DNA of 64,000 nucleotides from Candidatus Altiarchaeota archaeon (GTDB lineage Archaea; Altiarchaeota; Altiarchaeia; IMC4; QMZM01), in NCBI GenBank assembly GCA_038891095.1, contig JAWAEV010000001.1:5248-69247 (forward strand). Reading direction: 5' to 3'. Positions within the stretch are counted from its first letter, which is position 1; every line of letters starts with the position of its first letter. Under the pieces are notes generated by a model. It did no database searches. It saw only the letters and a program-made list of their open reading frames with translations, and was not told where the DNA came from. A program made the translations under genes and the position numbers. Positions 31,623 to 40,873 of this stretch are shown in pieces.

Positions 31623-32525
31623 TTAGTTTACCTTCTTTAGTACATATATGTCGATATAGGTGTTCCCCATGTGGGAAAAATATTTTAGTTTATCTAAAAT
31701 AAAATAGCCGGGTAATTCTGAAAGAGAGATTACATAGTCATTATTTACAACGCATATCCTTTGAGTAATATTTTTATTTCCCGGATAGATAGGATCGATA
31801 TTACCAAACTTTTTTAGACAATAGTCATACAAAAACCAGCAATTAAATTCAAATCCGCCGTCTATATCCTCTGGTGATATTCCAGACTCCATCAACTTGT
31901 TTAGTGCAGTCCATAAAGTTCTATTATAATTTAAGAAGTCATATGTACCAACTACTGAAAAAATAGCAAAAATAACTAAAATAATTCCTAAAATAGCTGA
32001 GAAAAATGGAAGTTCTCTTACTCTCTCTATTGAACTTAGCAAAAGCACGAGAATAATTGGAATTAAGGGAAGTATATATCTATCAAATAACCCAGGTAAA
32101 ATAGCTAAACTAGTGAAATATGATAAGCCAATAAAATAAACCAGAGCTATAGAAGAGCTTTCTTTTTTTCTAATCTGAATTTCATTGTAAATTAATAGTA
32201 GTGTTATAGCTGTAGAGATTATAACCAAAACGGTGAGAGATAATATATATACTGAGTTATAGGGAGTATTATCGACAATGCTAATAGGTCCAAAACCATA
32301 TTGATTTATAATTCCGCCGAAAAAATGTGATTGATTTCCTTGTTTAATCAAAAAACCTAAAAAACCAAGTGAGAGTATGCTTGATATAATACAAAATAAA
32401 TACTTTACATTACTTGCATACGCCCAATCATCATTTATCGGGAACTCCCCATCTGGAGGGACTATAAAAACTAACAGCAAGTAGATTATTGCTATTATGA
32501 TAAAACTTTTGAATTCTGTTTTCAT
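31623..32525 (-). CDS. Polytopic membrane protein of unknown function (glycan-island member)
   Basis: About 8 TM helices. No recognizable catalytic motif. Confidence 0.45.
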   Translation of the reverse strand: MKTEFKSFIIIAIIYLLLVFIVPPDGEFPINDDWAYASNVKYLFCIISSILSLGFLGFLIKQGNQSHFFGGIINQYGFGPISIVDNTPYNSVYILSLTVLVIISTAITLLLIYNEIQIRKKESSSIALVYFIGLSYFTSLAILPGLFDRYILPLIPIILVLLLSSIERVRELPFFSAILGIILVIFAIFSVVGTYDFLNYNRTLWTALNKLMESGISPEDIDGGFEFNCWFLYDYCLKKFGNIDPIYPGNKNITQRICVVNNDYVISLSELPGYFILDKLKYFSHMGNTYIDIYVLKKVN

Positions 32526-32751
32526 TTCTTTTTATTATATTGCATTTATTTAAATTGTTTTTATTATTTAATTTGAAAAATTTGAATTATTGTGGAATAT
32601 TTTGGATATACATTTTTAATTTCTTCCCTATTACATCATTACAAAAATTTTCCTTAAACAATTTGTAACCTTCTTCTGCTATTTTTTCTCTTAAATTTGG
32701 ATTGTTTTTTAATAATAAAATTGCATTGGCTATCGCTGTTGGATTTCTACC

Positions 32752-33843
32752 TCATTTATTTAGCATACTTTCAACAATTTTCTTTAATTTTTGTTTTCTT
32801 AGCTCTTTTGAAAAATTATTTTTAACTCTTTCGATTCCTTTTTTACTCAATTTTTCACAGAGGTGGTCATCAGTAATCAACATCTCTATTTTTTCTACTA
32901 AATCATCTATGTTTCCTTTTTCTATACTGCCTCTATCAGCAATTAATCCTGCATCACCCAAAATTTCAGGAAGTGCGGTTCTGTTTGATGCTATCACAGG
33001 AATTCCACAAGCCATTGCTTCACACATAGCAACACCAAACGTTTCATTCCAGCTATATTGAACATAAATTTTACATTGATTTAAAAATTTTACATAATCT
33101 TTAGCTGTCTTAAAAAAATTCATAAATATTACTTTATCTAAAATTCCGAGTTCCTCTGCTCTTCTTTTGATAATCTCTTTTCCACCAATACTCTCAATTT
33201 CGTCACCCACATATATAAGAAAATATTCTGGATATTTATTGATAATTCTACTAAAAGCTTCCAATAAAGGCAATAATCCTTTCTTATTTAGTCTAAGTTT
33301 GGATATCCAACAAACAGTTGTTATGTATGGTTTTTTTTCTATTCTTATTGGCTTGAAAATATTGATGTCTACCGAATTATAAACAACTTCGTTTGTAGGA
33401 TTTCTTACTATTTTATCTGCACTATCTTTCGCATATTTAGAAACTGATATCACTTTATCTGCAAATTTTAAAGTTAAGTTTGTTATCGCCTTCTTAAAGA
33501 TAGATTTATTTTCATAACATGGATATTCCCTTGGAAGTTCCCCTCTTTCAATTTCAGCACCAGCAGCAACTATTATACAAGGTTTCCTGAAAATTTTTGA
33601 CAATAAGACTATATCAAATGATATAGCCCACCAAGCAAAGAATATATCAACACTCTTAAGTTTTTTATACCACTCAAACCATTTAGATATTCCTCTTAAA
33701 TATCTGAAAATTTCTGATGGATAAAATAAAGATTTAGAAGAACAAACTATGACATTATATCCAAGTTCTCTAAAAATTTCTGCATCTCTCTCACCAAAAT
33801 TTGATCTAGTTGCTATGAATATGGTTACTTTCCTTTTTTTCAT
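32752..33843 (-). CDS. GT4 glycosyltransferase
   Basis: ETFGVAMCEAMACGIPVIASN signature. Confidence 0.8.
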   Translation of the reverse strand: MKKRKVTIFIATRSNFGERDAEIFRELGYNVIVCSSKSLFYPSEIFRYLRGISKWFEWYKKLKSVDIFFAWWAISFDIVLLSKIFRKPCIIVAAGAEIERGELPREYPCYENKSIFKKAITNLTLKFADKVISVSKYAKDSADKIVRNPTNEVVYNSVDINIFKPIRIEKKPYITTVCWISKLRLNKKGLLPLLEAFSRIINKYPEYFLIYVGDEIESIGGKEIIKRRAEELGILDKVIFMNFFKTAKDYVKFLNQCKIYVQYSWNETFGVAMCEAMACGIPVIASNRTALPEILGDAGLIADRGSIEKGNIDDLVEKIEMLITDDHLCEKLSKKGIERVKNNFSKELRKQKLKKIVESMLNK

Positions 33844-35105
33844 CTTACATTTTTCACACTCTCATAAATTTTAACTAATTCTCTTGCAATTTTCTCCTCA
33901 GAATAATCTTTCGCTTTTTCTCTTGCTTCCTCACATAAAACCTCTCTAAATTTTCTATTTTGAATTATAGTTTTTATGCTGTATATCAGACCATTTACAT
34001 CTCCTGGTTCAATTAAAAATCCATCCTTTCCATTCTCAATTATATCAACAACTCCCCCTATCTTTGATGCAATTACAATTTTTCCAGAAGCCATTGCCTC
34101 TAAGGCAACTCTTCCAAATGCTTCCCCTATCAGAGAAGGAAAAACAACTATGTCATTCTCTTCATAAATTTGAGGAATTTTCTCATAGGTAACTTCACCA
34201 CAAATTTTAATTTTCTCTTGCAAGTTATTCTCCTTTACAAAATTTTTCATCCATTTTTCTAATGAACCTGCACCATAGAAATTTGCTCTATAGTCCATTT
34301 TTATTTCCCTTAACGCTTCTAACAAAATTTGAGGTCCTTTAAATTTTTCATAATTACCAATGTAAAGAATTCTCGCAGGATCATGTTGCTCAACTTTCAA
34401 TTTCGAGAATTTTCCTAACTCAACCATGTTAGGCACTACAGCAATTCTCTCTTCTGGAATTCCTTCTCTTAATAAGAGATTTTTCATAAAGTTGCTGACT
34501 GCAATGAAAAAATCCATCTCCCTTAGAGACTTTTTTCTTTTTTTAAACCGATGATAAACATAAAAAACAAAAAAAGGGTTATACTGAAGGTAAAATTTTT
34601 TCTCAACTTTTGAAATTTTTCCAGATCTTAAGAAACATTTAAAAAATTTCAGAAAGGAACAGGTTTCATTACAAAGTTTATTTTCCCTTACAAGTGTTCC
34701 CAAAGGGCAAAAAAGTTGAGGTGAATTAATATGTGCTATCATTGGCTTTCTAACTTTTTCTTTTGCTTTTGCTGCTCCAATTATTGAATTGATATTCATG
34801 CAATGTATTAAATCAAAATTTTCCTTCTTGTCAAGTTTTATTAACTCTTTCTCAGTTGTGAAAGGAAATACAACTGCTCTTTTAAAATTTTCAATAACAG
34901 AATTGGGATTTTTTCCAGTTAGCAAATTTCTATAAATTTTTACACCTTCATGTTCTTCATATTTTTTTGGCTCATTAAAGTGGGAGGTTAGAATGGATAC
35001 ATCAATTCCTTGGTTAGATAAATTCTTTGCTAATAGCCAAGAAGAAATTTCACCTCCACCAAAGATTTTTGGAGGAAAATATTCTGAGATGAGAAGGATT
35101 TTCAT
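33840..35105 (-). CDS. GT4 glycosyltransferase
   Basis: EAFGRVALEAMASGKIVIASKIGG signature. Overlaps the downstream gene by 4 nt. Confidence 0.8.
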   Translation of the reverse strand: MKILLISEYFPPKIFGGGEISSWLLAKNLSNQGIDVSILTSHFNEPKKYEEHEGVKIYRNLLTGKNPNSVIENFKRAVVFPFTTEKELIKLDKKENFDLIHCMNINSIIGAAKAKEKVRKPMIAHINSPQLFCPLGTLVRENKLCNETCSFLKFFKCFLRSGKISKVEKKFYLQYNPFFVFYVYHRFKKRKKSLREMDFFIAVSNFMKNLLLREGIPEERIAVVPNMVELGKFSKLKVEQHDPARILYIGNYEKFKGPQILLEALREIKMDYRANFYGAGSLEKWMKNFVKENNLQEKIKICGEVTYEKIPQIYEENDIVVFPSLIGEAFGRVALEAMASGKIVIASKIGGVVDIIENGKDGFLIEPGDVNGLIYSIKTIIQNRKFREVLCEEAREKAKDYSEEKIARELVKIYESVKNVR

Positions 35106-35122
35106 TTTTTCTGTTTAGCTAA

Positions 35123-36079
35123 TTATTCCAAAATTCCTTTTTTTAGCATATCAAAAATCCACTCAACCTCTTTCTTTAAACCTTCTTTAATTTTAACTTT
35201 TGGTTTGTAGCCAAGAATTTTTCTTGCCTTTGAAATGTCAGCAATTGTATCAGCCATATCGCCCTTTTGTTTTTCTATATATGAGACATCTGCCTTTCTA
35301 TTAGTAATCTCTTCCAAAATTTTTATTATTTCATTTATTGAAATTCTTGAGCCTCCGCCAATATTGAAAATTTCTCCTTCTGCATTAGAATTCATTGCAA
35401 GTATATTTGCCTCAACAATATCTGAAACAAAAGTAAAGTCTCTTGTCTGCTCTCCAGAACCATAAACTTCAAAATTTTTTCCAAGAAGTATGGCCTTAAT
35501 AAATTTATGGAAAGCCATATCTGGTCTTTGTCTTGGCCCATAGACTGTAAAATATCTCAGAGAGATGCAAGGCACAGAAAAATTTTTCCAGTAAAGTTGA
35601 CACAAATTCTCAGCTGCTAATTTAGAAACACCATAAGGAGAAATAGGCTTTGTAATAGAATTTTCCTTCATTGGAAATTTTTTTACATCACCATAAACTG
35701 ATGATGAAGATGCATAAATGAATTTTTTAATTTTCAATTCCTTACAGGCTTCTAAAAGTTTTTGAGTTGCAAGGATGTTATTTTGAGTATAAATTTCAAA
35801 ATCTTTTCCCCAAGATTTTCTCACACCACCTTGAGCTGCTTCATGGAAAATATATTCTATGTTAGATAAAATTTTTTTCAGATTTAAATTTAGGATATTT
35901 GCTTCAATAAATTTAAAATTTCTATTTTGTTTAGCTTTTTCTATATTGCTCTCCTTTATCTTTCTCGCATAATAGTCAGTGAAACAATCTATTCCAATGA
36001 CCTCGTGACCTAAATCTAAAAGTTTCTCAACTATGTGTGAACCTATAAAACCTGCACATCCCGTTACAAAACATCTCAT
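35123..36079 (-). CDS. NAD-dependent sugar epimerase/dehydratase (SDR), first gene of the minus-strand glycan operon
   Basis: VTGCAGFIGSH and YGVSKLAAE (YxxxK). Start placed at the MRCFVTG methionine. Confidence 0.8.
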   Translation of the reverse strand: MRCFVTGCAGFIGSHIVEKLLDLGHEVIGIDCFTDYYARKIKESNIEKAKQNRNFKFIEANILNLNLKKILSNIEYIFHEAAQGGVRKSWGKDFEIYTQNNILATQKLLEACKELKIKKFIYASSSSVYGDVKKFPMKENSITKPISPYGVSKLAAENLCQLYWKNFSVPCISLRYFTVYGPRQRPDMAFHKFIKAILLGKNFEVYGSGEQTRDFTFVSDIVEANILAMNSNAEGEIFNIGGGSRISINEIIKILEEITNRKADVSYIEKQKGDMADTIADISKARKILGYKPKVKIKEGLKKEVEWIFDMLKKGILE

Positions 36080-36129
36080 TTTTCTATTTTTTGTATTTTT
36101 ATTAATTCCCGAACTAAAGTTAATAAGAC

Positions 36130-36822
36130 ATGAATAATATTGAACTAGCAAAGAAATTATCTGCAAAGAAGGCAATTGAATTTGTTAAGGAGGGTATGAG
36201 TATCGGCTTAGGTACAGGGACAACCACAGAGTATTTTATCTATGGATTATCTAAGCTAATTGCAAAAGAGAAAATAAAAATTGTTGGAATTCCAACTTCT
36301 CTAAACACAGAAAAGTTAGCTAAAAAATTAAAAATTCCAATTTCAACTCTTGATAAATATCCCGAAGTAGATCTATGCATTGATGGTGCTGATCAAATTG
36401 ACTTTAAATTTAATATGATTAAAGGTGGTAAAGGAGCGCATACAAGAGAGAAGATAATTGCAAAAGCATCAAAGAAGTATGTTGTCATTGTTGACTATAC
36501 AAAAATTTCAAGAATCCTTAACAGAGAAGTTCCGGTTGAAATTTTAAATTTTTCAAAGGGATTTGTTGAGAAAGAGCTGATCAAAATTGGTGGGACTCCA
36601 AAATTGAGGGAAAATTTTATAACTGACAATGGATGCATCATCTTAGATACAAAATTTAAGAGGATTGATAATGCTAAAAAAACTGAGTTAATGATAAATT
36701 CAATTCCAGGAGTAATTGAAAATGGAATTTTCTCGATGAGAAAGCCAGATATTGTAATTGTTGGTTATCCTGAAAAAGTTGAAATTTTAGAAAGAAGATA
36801 TTTAAAAAGAAATTCAAAATGA
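36130..36822 (+). CDS. rpiA: Ribose-5-phosphate isomerase A
   Basis: GLGTGTT and DGADQID motifs. 230 aa. Confidence 0.85.
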   Translation: MNNIELAKKLSAKKAIEFVKEGMSIGLGTGTTTEYFIYGLSKLIAKEKIKIVGIPTSLNTEKLAKKLKIPISTLDKYPEVDLCIDGADQIDFKFNMIKGGKGAHTREKIIAKASKKYVVIVDYTKISRILNREVPVEILNFSKGFVEKELIKIGGTPKLRENFITDNGCIILDTKFKRIDNAKKTELMINSIPGVIENGIFSMRKPDIVIVGYPEKVEILERRYLKRNSK

Positions 36823-37910
36823 AAAAATTTGAGCTTTTTTATGACACTGAAACTGGAGAAGCATTTTTTCAGGGAATAAATGTTGCAATAGAAGGTGAAC
36901 ACACAATGTTGAGTGAAATTCAGAAAGAATGTGAAAAGATAGTTGGACCTTCAACAAAGATAATGATGTATAATGCAGCAAAAAAATTTTCGAAAGAAAT
37001 TTTTCCTTATTATTTATCATACAAAGGTACGAAAGGGGAAGCAACTAATAGAGAGATTACTTTAGAACTTTTAGATTTATTGTCTAACTTAGGTTATGGC
37101 CTTTTTTCTATAGAAAGTTATGATGAAAAAAATCTTGAATTTGGTGTTAAAGTAAAAAATTGTTGTAATGCACTAATTCATGGAAAATCTAACAAACAAA
37201 TATGTTATGCAATTTCTGGAGTTTTAGCATGCCTATTTGAACTCGTATTTAGAAAAGAGATGTTTTGTGAAGAGATATCTTGCAACTCTCAAGGACATGA
37301 ATTTTGCAGATTTAAAATCACCTCTTCTGGAAGAGATATCAAAACAATTAAAGGGGAATGTAAAATAAAAATTCAAAAAGAAAAGGCTAAGAGAGAGTAT
37401 ATTTATTTTGATGAGAGTACCGGTAAAATTAAAGTGAGAGGAATGAATGTACTTATCTTTCCTAGATGTTGGATTGCAGAAATTCAGAAAGAGTTTGAGA
37501 GGATTATCGGACCAGCAACAAAAACAATATTTTACAATATAAACAAAAAATGTACTATTAACGATCTACCTAGCATTATCAACTCTAACATTATTGCTAA
37601 AATTTTAAAGAAACTATCAAAGAGAAAACTTATGTTTGAGTTATTTAGAGACGCAAATATGCTTGGGTATGGTATCATAGAACTTCAAGAGTTTAATGAA
37701 GATAGTGCTGAAATTAAGATAAAAATAAAAAATTGTTATAATTCTGTAGGTTATATAAATACAAAAAAACCGATATGTTATTACACCACTGGACTAATCT
37801 CAGGCGCTTCAGAAGTTATTTTTGAAAGAGGAATGGATTGTATTGAAACAAAATGTAAAGGCAAAGGAGATGATTATTGTGAATTTTATGCTCATCCAAC
37901 AAAATATTAA
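36819..37910 (+). CDS. Tandem V4R (4-vinyl reductase) domain protein
   Basis: Internal duplication of two roughly 180-aa halves, each ending in a Cys-rich V4R-like block (C..C..C..C..C). Confidence 0.55.
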   Translation: MKKFELFYDTETGEAFFQGINVAIEGEHTMLSEIQKECEKIVGPSTKIMMYNAAKKFSKEIFPYYLSYKGTKGEATNREITLELLDLLSNLGYGLFSIESYDEKNLEFGVKVKNCCNALIHGKSNKQICYAISGVLACLFELVFRKEMFCEEISCNSQGHEFCRFKITSSGRDIKTIKGECKIKIQKEKAKREYIYFDESTGKIKVRGMNVLIFPRCWIAEIQKEFERIIGPATKTIFYNINKKCTINDLPSIINSNIIAKILKKLSKRKLMFELFRDANMLGYGIIELQEFNEDSAEIKIKIKNCYNSVGYINTKKPICYYTTGLISGASEVIFERGMDCIETKCKGKGDDYCEFYAHPTKY

Positions 37911-37919
37911 TTAAGGAAA

Positions 37920-38294
37920 ATGCCAGAAACAAAAAAAGACAGATTATTGGGAATTTTGAAAACTCTCACAGCAATAGGCGACATAGAAGGTTCAGCAATT
38001 GTTACAAGGGATGGTCTGCTTATTGCTTCAGATCTTCCAAGAGATGTTGATGCTGAGACATTTGCAGCAATGTCAGCAACAATGTTAGGAGCAGCAGAAA
38101 CTGCTGTAAGTGAGCTAAAGAGAGGTATAGTTGAAAGAGTCATTGCTGAAGGCAAGCAATCAAAGTTAATTGCAAAAGGCGCTGGTGCTTCAGCGGTTTT
38201 AGTTTCAATGGTAAGGCCTGATGCTAATCTTGGTTTAGTTTTAGTAGAGATAGGCAAAGCATCTGAGAAAATTGAGAAGGAGATGAGTGCATAA
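37920..38294 (+). CDS. Roadblock/LC7 (MglB-like) domain protein
   Basis: 124-aa alpha-beta-alpha protein with the conserved GSAIVTRDGLLIAS block. Markedly GC-richer than its neighbours. Confidence 0.75.
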   Translation: MPETKKDRLLGILKTLTAIGDIEGSAIVTRDGLLIASDLPRDVDAETFAAMSATMLGAAETAVSELKRGIVERVIAEGKQSKLIAKGAGASAVLVSMVRPDANLGLVLVEIGKASEKIEKEMSA

Positions 38295-38728
38295 TGGAAA
38301 AAAATAAATTAAAACTGCAAGAGGAATTACAAAGGAATCTATTAGAGTTAGAAATTTACAAGAAAAAATTTGAAAATTTAACTCAGGAAATGCAAATGGT
38401 TGAGTTATCCATAGTTGAATTAGACAACACTAAGAAAGCAATAAACATATTGAAAAATGAAAAATCCTCTGGAGAAACTCTCGTTTCTATAGGCTCTGGA
38501 GTTTACTCAAAAGCAAATAATTTAGATAATGAAAAAGTTCTTCTTGGTATTGGCGCAGGTTTTTATGTAGAGAAAACAATTGATGAAGCATCTAAAATTT
38601 TAGATGAAAGAATGGAAAAGTTGAGCAAAGTTGCTAATGAGATACAGAAAAATGCCTCAGATGTAAGTGATAAAATCTCGGAGTTAAATAACCTATCTGA
38701 AGATCTGCTGAGAGAATTACAAAAATAA
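38294..38728 (+). CDS. pfdA: Prefoldin alpha subunit
   Basis: 144 aa. Two coiled-coil arms flank a central beta-hairpin region (VSIGSGVY...LLGIGAGFYVEK). Confidence 0.75.
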   Translation: MEKNKLKLQEELQRNLLELEIYKKKFENLTQEMQMVELSIVELDNTKKAINILKNEKSSGETLVSIGSGVYSKANNLDNEKVLLGIGAGFYVEKTIDEASKILDERMEKLSKVANEIQKNASDVSDKISELNNLSEDLLRELQK

Positions 38729-38744
38729 TATCCCTAATTTTAAA

Positions 38745-39719
38745 ATGTTTGATTCTCTGAGAAAGAAAGTAGAGTCTTTCATTGGTGTTATCAGAAAAAC
38801 TAAGGAAGAAGAAAGCGAAAAAGAAGTTATAGAGTTGGGAAAAATAACAAAAATAAAGTATACTCTCAGTGATAAGATAAAATTTTCTAAGGAGGATATA
38901 GAGAGCATAATTGAAAATTTTCGGTTTGAATTAATTCAAGCAGATGTTGCTTATGAAACCTCAGAGAGAATAGCAGATATGATAAAAGAGGAATTATCAG
39001 GAAAAGAGATCCAAAAAAATGAATTGAATTCATTTGTAAGAGGAATATTTAGAAAGGTACTTCTTGAAATTTTAAATTCTGCTGAGGATTTAGATTTTTT
39101 TGATAAAGTTAAAAATTCTGAAAAACCATTTAAAATTATCTTTTTTGGGATAAACGGCTCTGGAAAAACAACAACAATTGCAAAAGTTGCATATCTTTTG
39201 TTGAAAAAAAATTTTTCAGTTGTATTTGCAGCTGCGGATACATTTAGAGCAGGAGCAATAGAGCAAATTGAAAAACATGCGCAAAATTTGAATGTTAGAG
39301 TTATAAAACATAAAAAAGGTGCTGATTCTGCTGCTGTAATTTATGATGCGATAGCACATGCAAAATCTAAGGGTATTGATGTAGTATTAGCCGACACTGC
39401 AGGAAGAATGCAAACTAACATAAATTTAATGGATGAAATGAAAAAGATCTGCAGAGTTAATAAACCAGATATGAAAATTTTTGTAGGTGACGCCCTAACA
39501 GGTAACGATGCAATTTCTCAAGCAGAAATGTTTGAAAAAGAGATTGGCATAGATGCTGTGATACTGACAAAAATGGACGCAGATGTAAAAGGTGGCTGTG
39601 CTCTCTCAATAATTAACACAATAAAAAAACCAATAATTTTTATTGGTGTGGGCCAGAGATACGAAGACTTGGTAGAGTTTGACAAGGAATGGTTTGTAGA
39701 TAAGATTGTGGGAAAGTAA
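38745..39719 (+). CDS. ftsY: Signal recognition particle receptor FtsY
   Basis: SRP GTPase motifs GINGSGKTTT, DTAGR, TKMD. Confidence 0.85.
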   Translation: MFDSLRKKVESFIGVIRKTKEEESEKEVIELGKITKIKYTLSDKIKFSKEDIESIIENFRFELIQADVAYETSERIADMIKEELSGKEIQKNELNSFVRGIFRKVLLEILNSAEDLDFFDKVKNSEKPFKIIFFGINGSGKTTTIAKVAYLLLKKNFSVVFAAADTFRAGAIEQIEKHAQNLNVRVIKHKKGADSAAVIYDAIAHAKSKGIDVVLADTAGRMQTNINLMDEMKKICRVNKPDMKIFVGDALTGNDAISQAEMFEKEIGIDAVILTKMDADVKGGCALSIINTIKKPIIFIGVGQRYEDLVEFDKEWFVDKIVGK

Positions 39720-40127
39720 GAAAAGTCATGATTAGTTTTTGGTATATAAGAGATTTATCATTCCATAATTAGTTATTTTACACTATGGGCTTTTTAAAGA
39801 AGACCGCCATATTTTTTTCAGTTTTGGTATTATTGATGTGATTGTTATGATTCCTAAGGTCAGAATAATTGATGATATCTCCAAAGTCGGATTACTTCGC
39901 ATAAGAGGTAAGGTAGCACAGATATACCCCGGAGTACATCCATATTGTTTTTCGCAATCTGCCAAGGGAAAGAGAGATTATTAGTTATGGCCCAATTAAA
40001 ACTTAAAAAAGAGCAACATTACAACCAGTGTAATTATTGCTGCTTTTGCTGCATCTGAATATTTTATAAAGAATAGAGCAAACTACTAAATAAAGGATAA
40101 AAGATAGGTAGAATAAATGATCTTGAA

Positions 40128-40151
40128 CCCGCAGTCTTTTTAGACTGCGGG
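40128..40151 (-). terminator. 10-bp perfect-stem hairpin (CCCGCAGTCT tttt AGACTGCGGG) about 75 nt downstream of the 40225-40701 gene
   Basis: Inverted repeat read from the sequence. The downstream tail is T-rich but not a clean T-run. Confidence 0.35.
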
Positions 40152-40224
40152 CGGAGGTGGTTGGTCTTGGCTCTCGGAGGTGGTTTGTTTAAGAAACCTC
40201 ACGAGCTTGATTCATGAACAAAAC

Positions 40225-40701
40225 TTATGACTTAATTTCTGATTTAATTTTGTAGTAAACTTTCCTTCCAACATATACCTTCTCCAAGATATTATCTTTG
40301 AATAGCTTACTCATTCTTGCTGATGCTGCATTTCTACCACGATATGCAAACTCTCTTTTTATATCATCTGCACAAACTTTGCCTTTTTCTTTTATGAAAT
40401 TTAATATTTCTATGTCCCTCTCTGAAAGCATTTCTGTTTTTGCTATGCCCATCTGGTTATTTTCAAATTTTTTATTTAGTATTGCTATCTGTTCGCATAG
40501 CATATTTAACTTTTCAATAATTGCATCAAATTTCGTGTTAATTTCCTTCACTATAAGATTTGTGCTATTCTTCTCTTTCTCTATGACATGAAGAAGCGCA
40601 GCTCCAGCAAATGGGTCCTCCATTGCCTCTATTATTTCAGATAACGGCCCGTATTGCGCTTTTAGATTTTCTTTATATTCTTCAACAGTTGGATTTTTCA
40701 T
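40225..40701 (-). CDS. Putative winged-helix (MarR/TrmB-like) transcriptional regulator
   Basis: 158 aa with a C-terminal wHTH-like segment (RDIEILNFIKEKGKVCADDIKREF...RMSKLFKDNILEKVYVGRKVYY). Divergent from the DUF58-radB operon. Confidence 0.45.
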   Translation of the reverse strand: MKNPTVEEYKENLKAQYGPLSEIIEAMEDPFAGAALLHVIEKEKNSTNLIVKEINTKFDAIIEKLNMLCEQIAILNKKFENNQMGIAKTEMLSERDIEILNFIKEKGKVCADDIKREFAYRGRNAASARMSKLFKDNILEKVYVGRKVYYKIKSEIKS

Positions 40702-40765
40702 GACTATTATGATTTAGTCATGATTCTATATAAATAGTTATCGTTTTTTAGCCAGTTTTTAGCCA

Positions 40766-40781
40766 AATTTTTGCAAAAATT
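40766..40781. promoter_or_regulatory. 16-bp perfect palindrome AATTTTTGCAAAAATT embedded in phased T5-tracts (TTTTTAGCCA x2, TTTTTAC, TTTTTAG) in the divergent intergenic region
   Basis: Self-complementary sequence read directly. T-tracts recur at roughly 10-11 bp spacing across 40745-40815. Confidence 0.35.
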
Positions 40782-40825
40782 AGGGTTTTTACCCAATTTT
40801 TCAGGATTTTTAGAGAATTTTCATA

Positions 40826-40859
40826 GGTTTTATATGTTAGGAACACATATATAAAAATT
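40826..40859 (+). promoter_or_regulatory. Candidate TATA boxes (ttttatatg / atatataaaaa) 15-45 bp upstream of the DUF58 start
   Basis: AT-rich TATA-like elements. Positional inference only. Confidence 0.3.
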
Positions 40860-40873
40860 AACAGGTAAAAAAG

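Noticed and set aside
39783-39965. 60-aa ORF (MADCEKQYGCTPGYIC...)
   Set aside because: No start context and no homology signal. It lies in the ftsY downstream non-coding region.
40080-40200. Possible tRNA near the GGTTCAAGATC-like sequence
   Set aside because: No acceptor/D/anticodon cloverleaf can be built. The GGTTCAAG match is part of a hairpin arm only.
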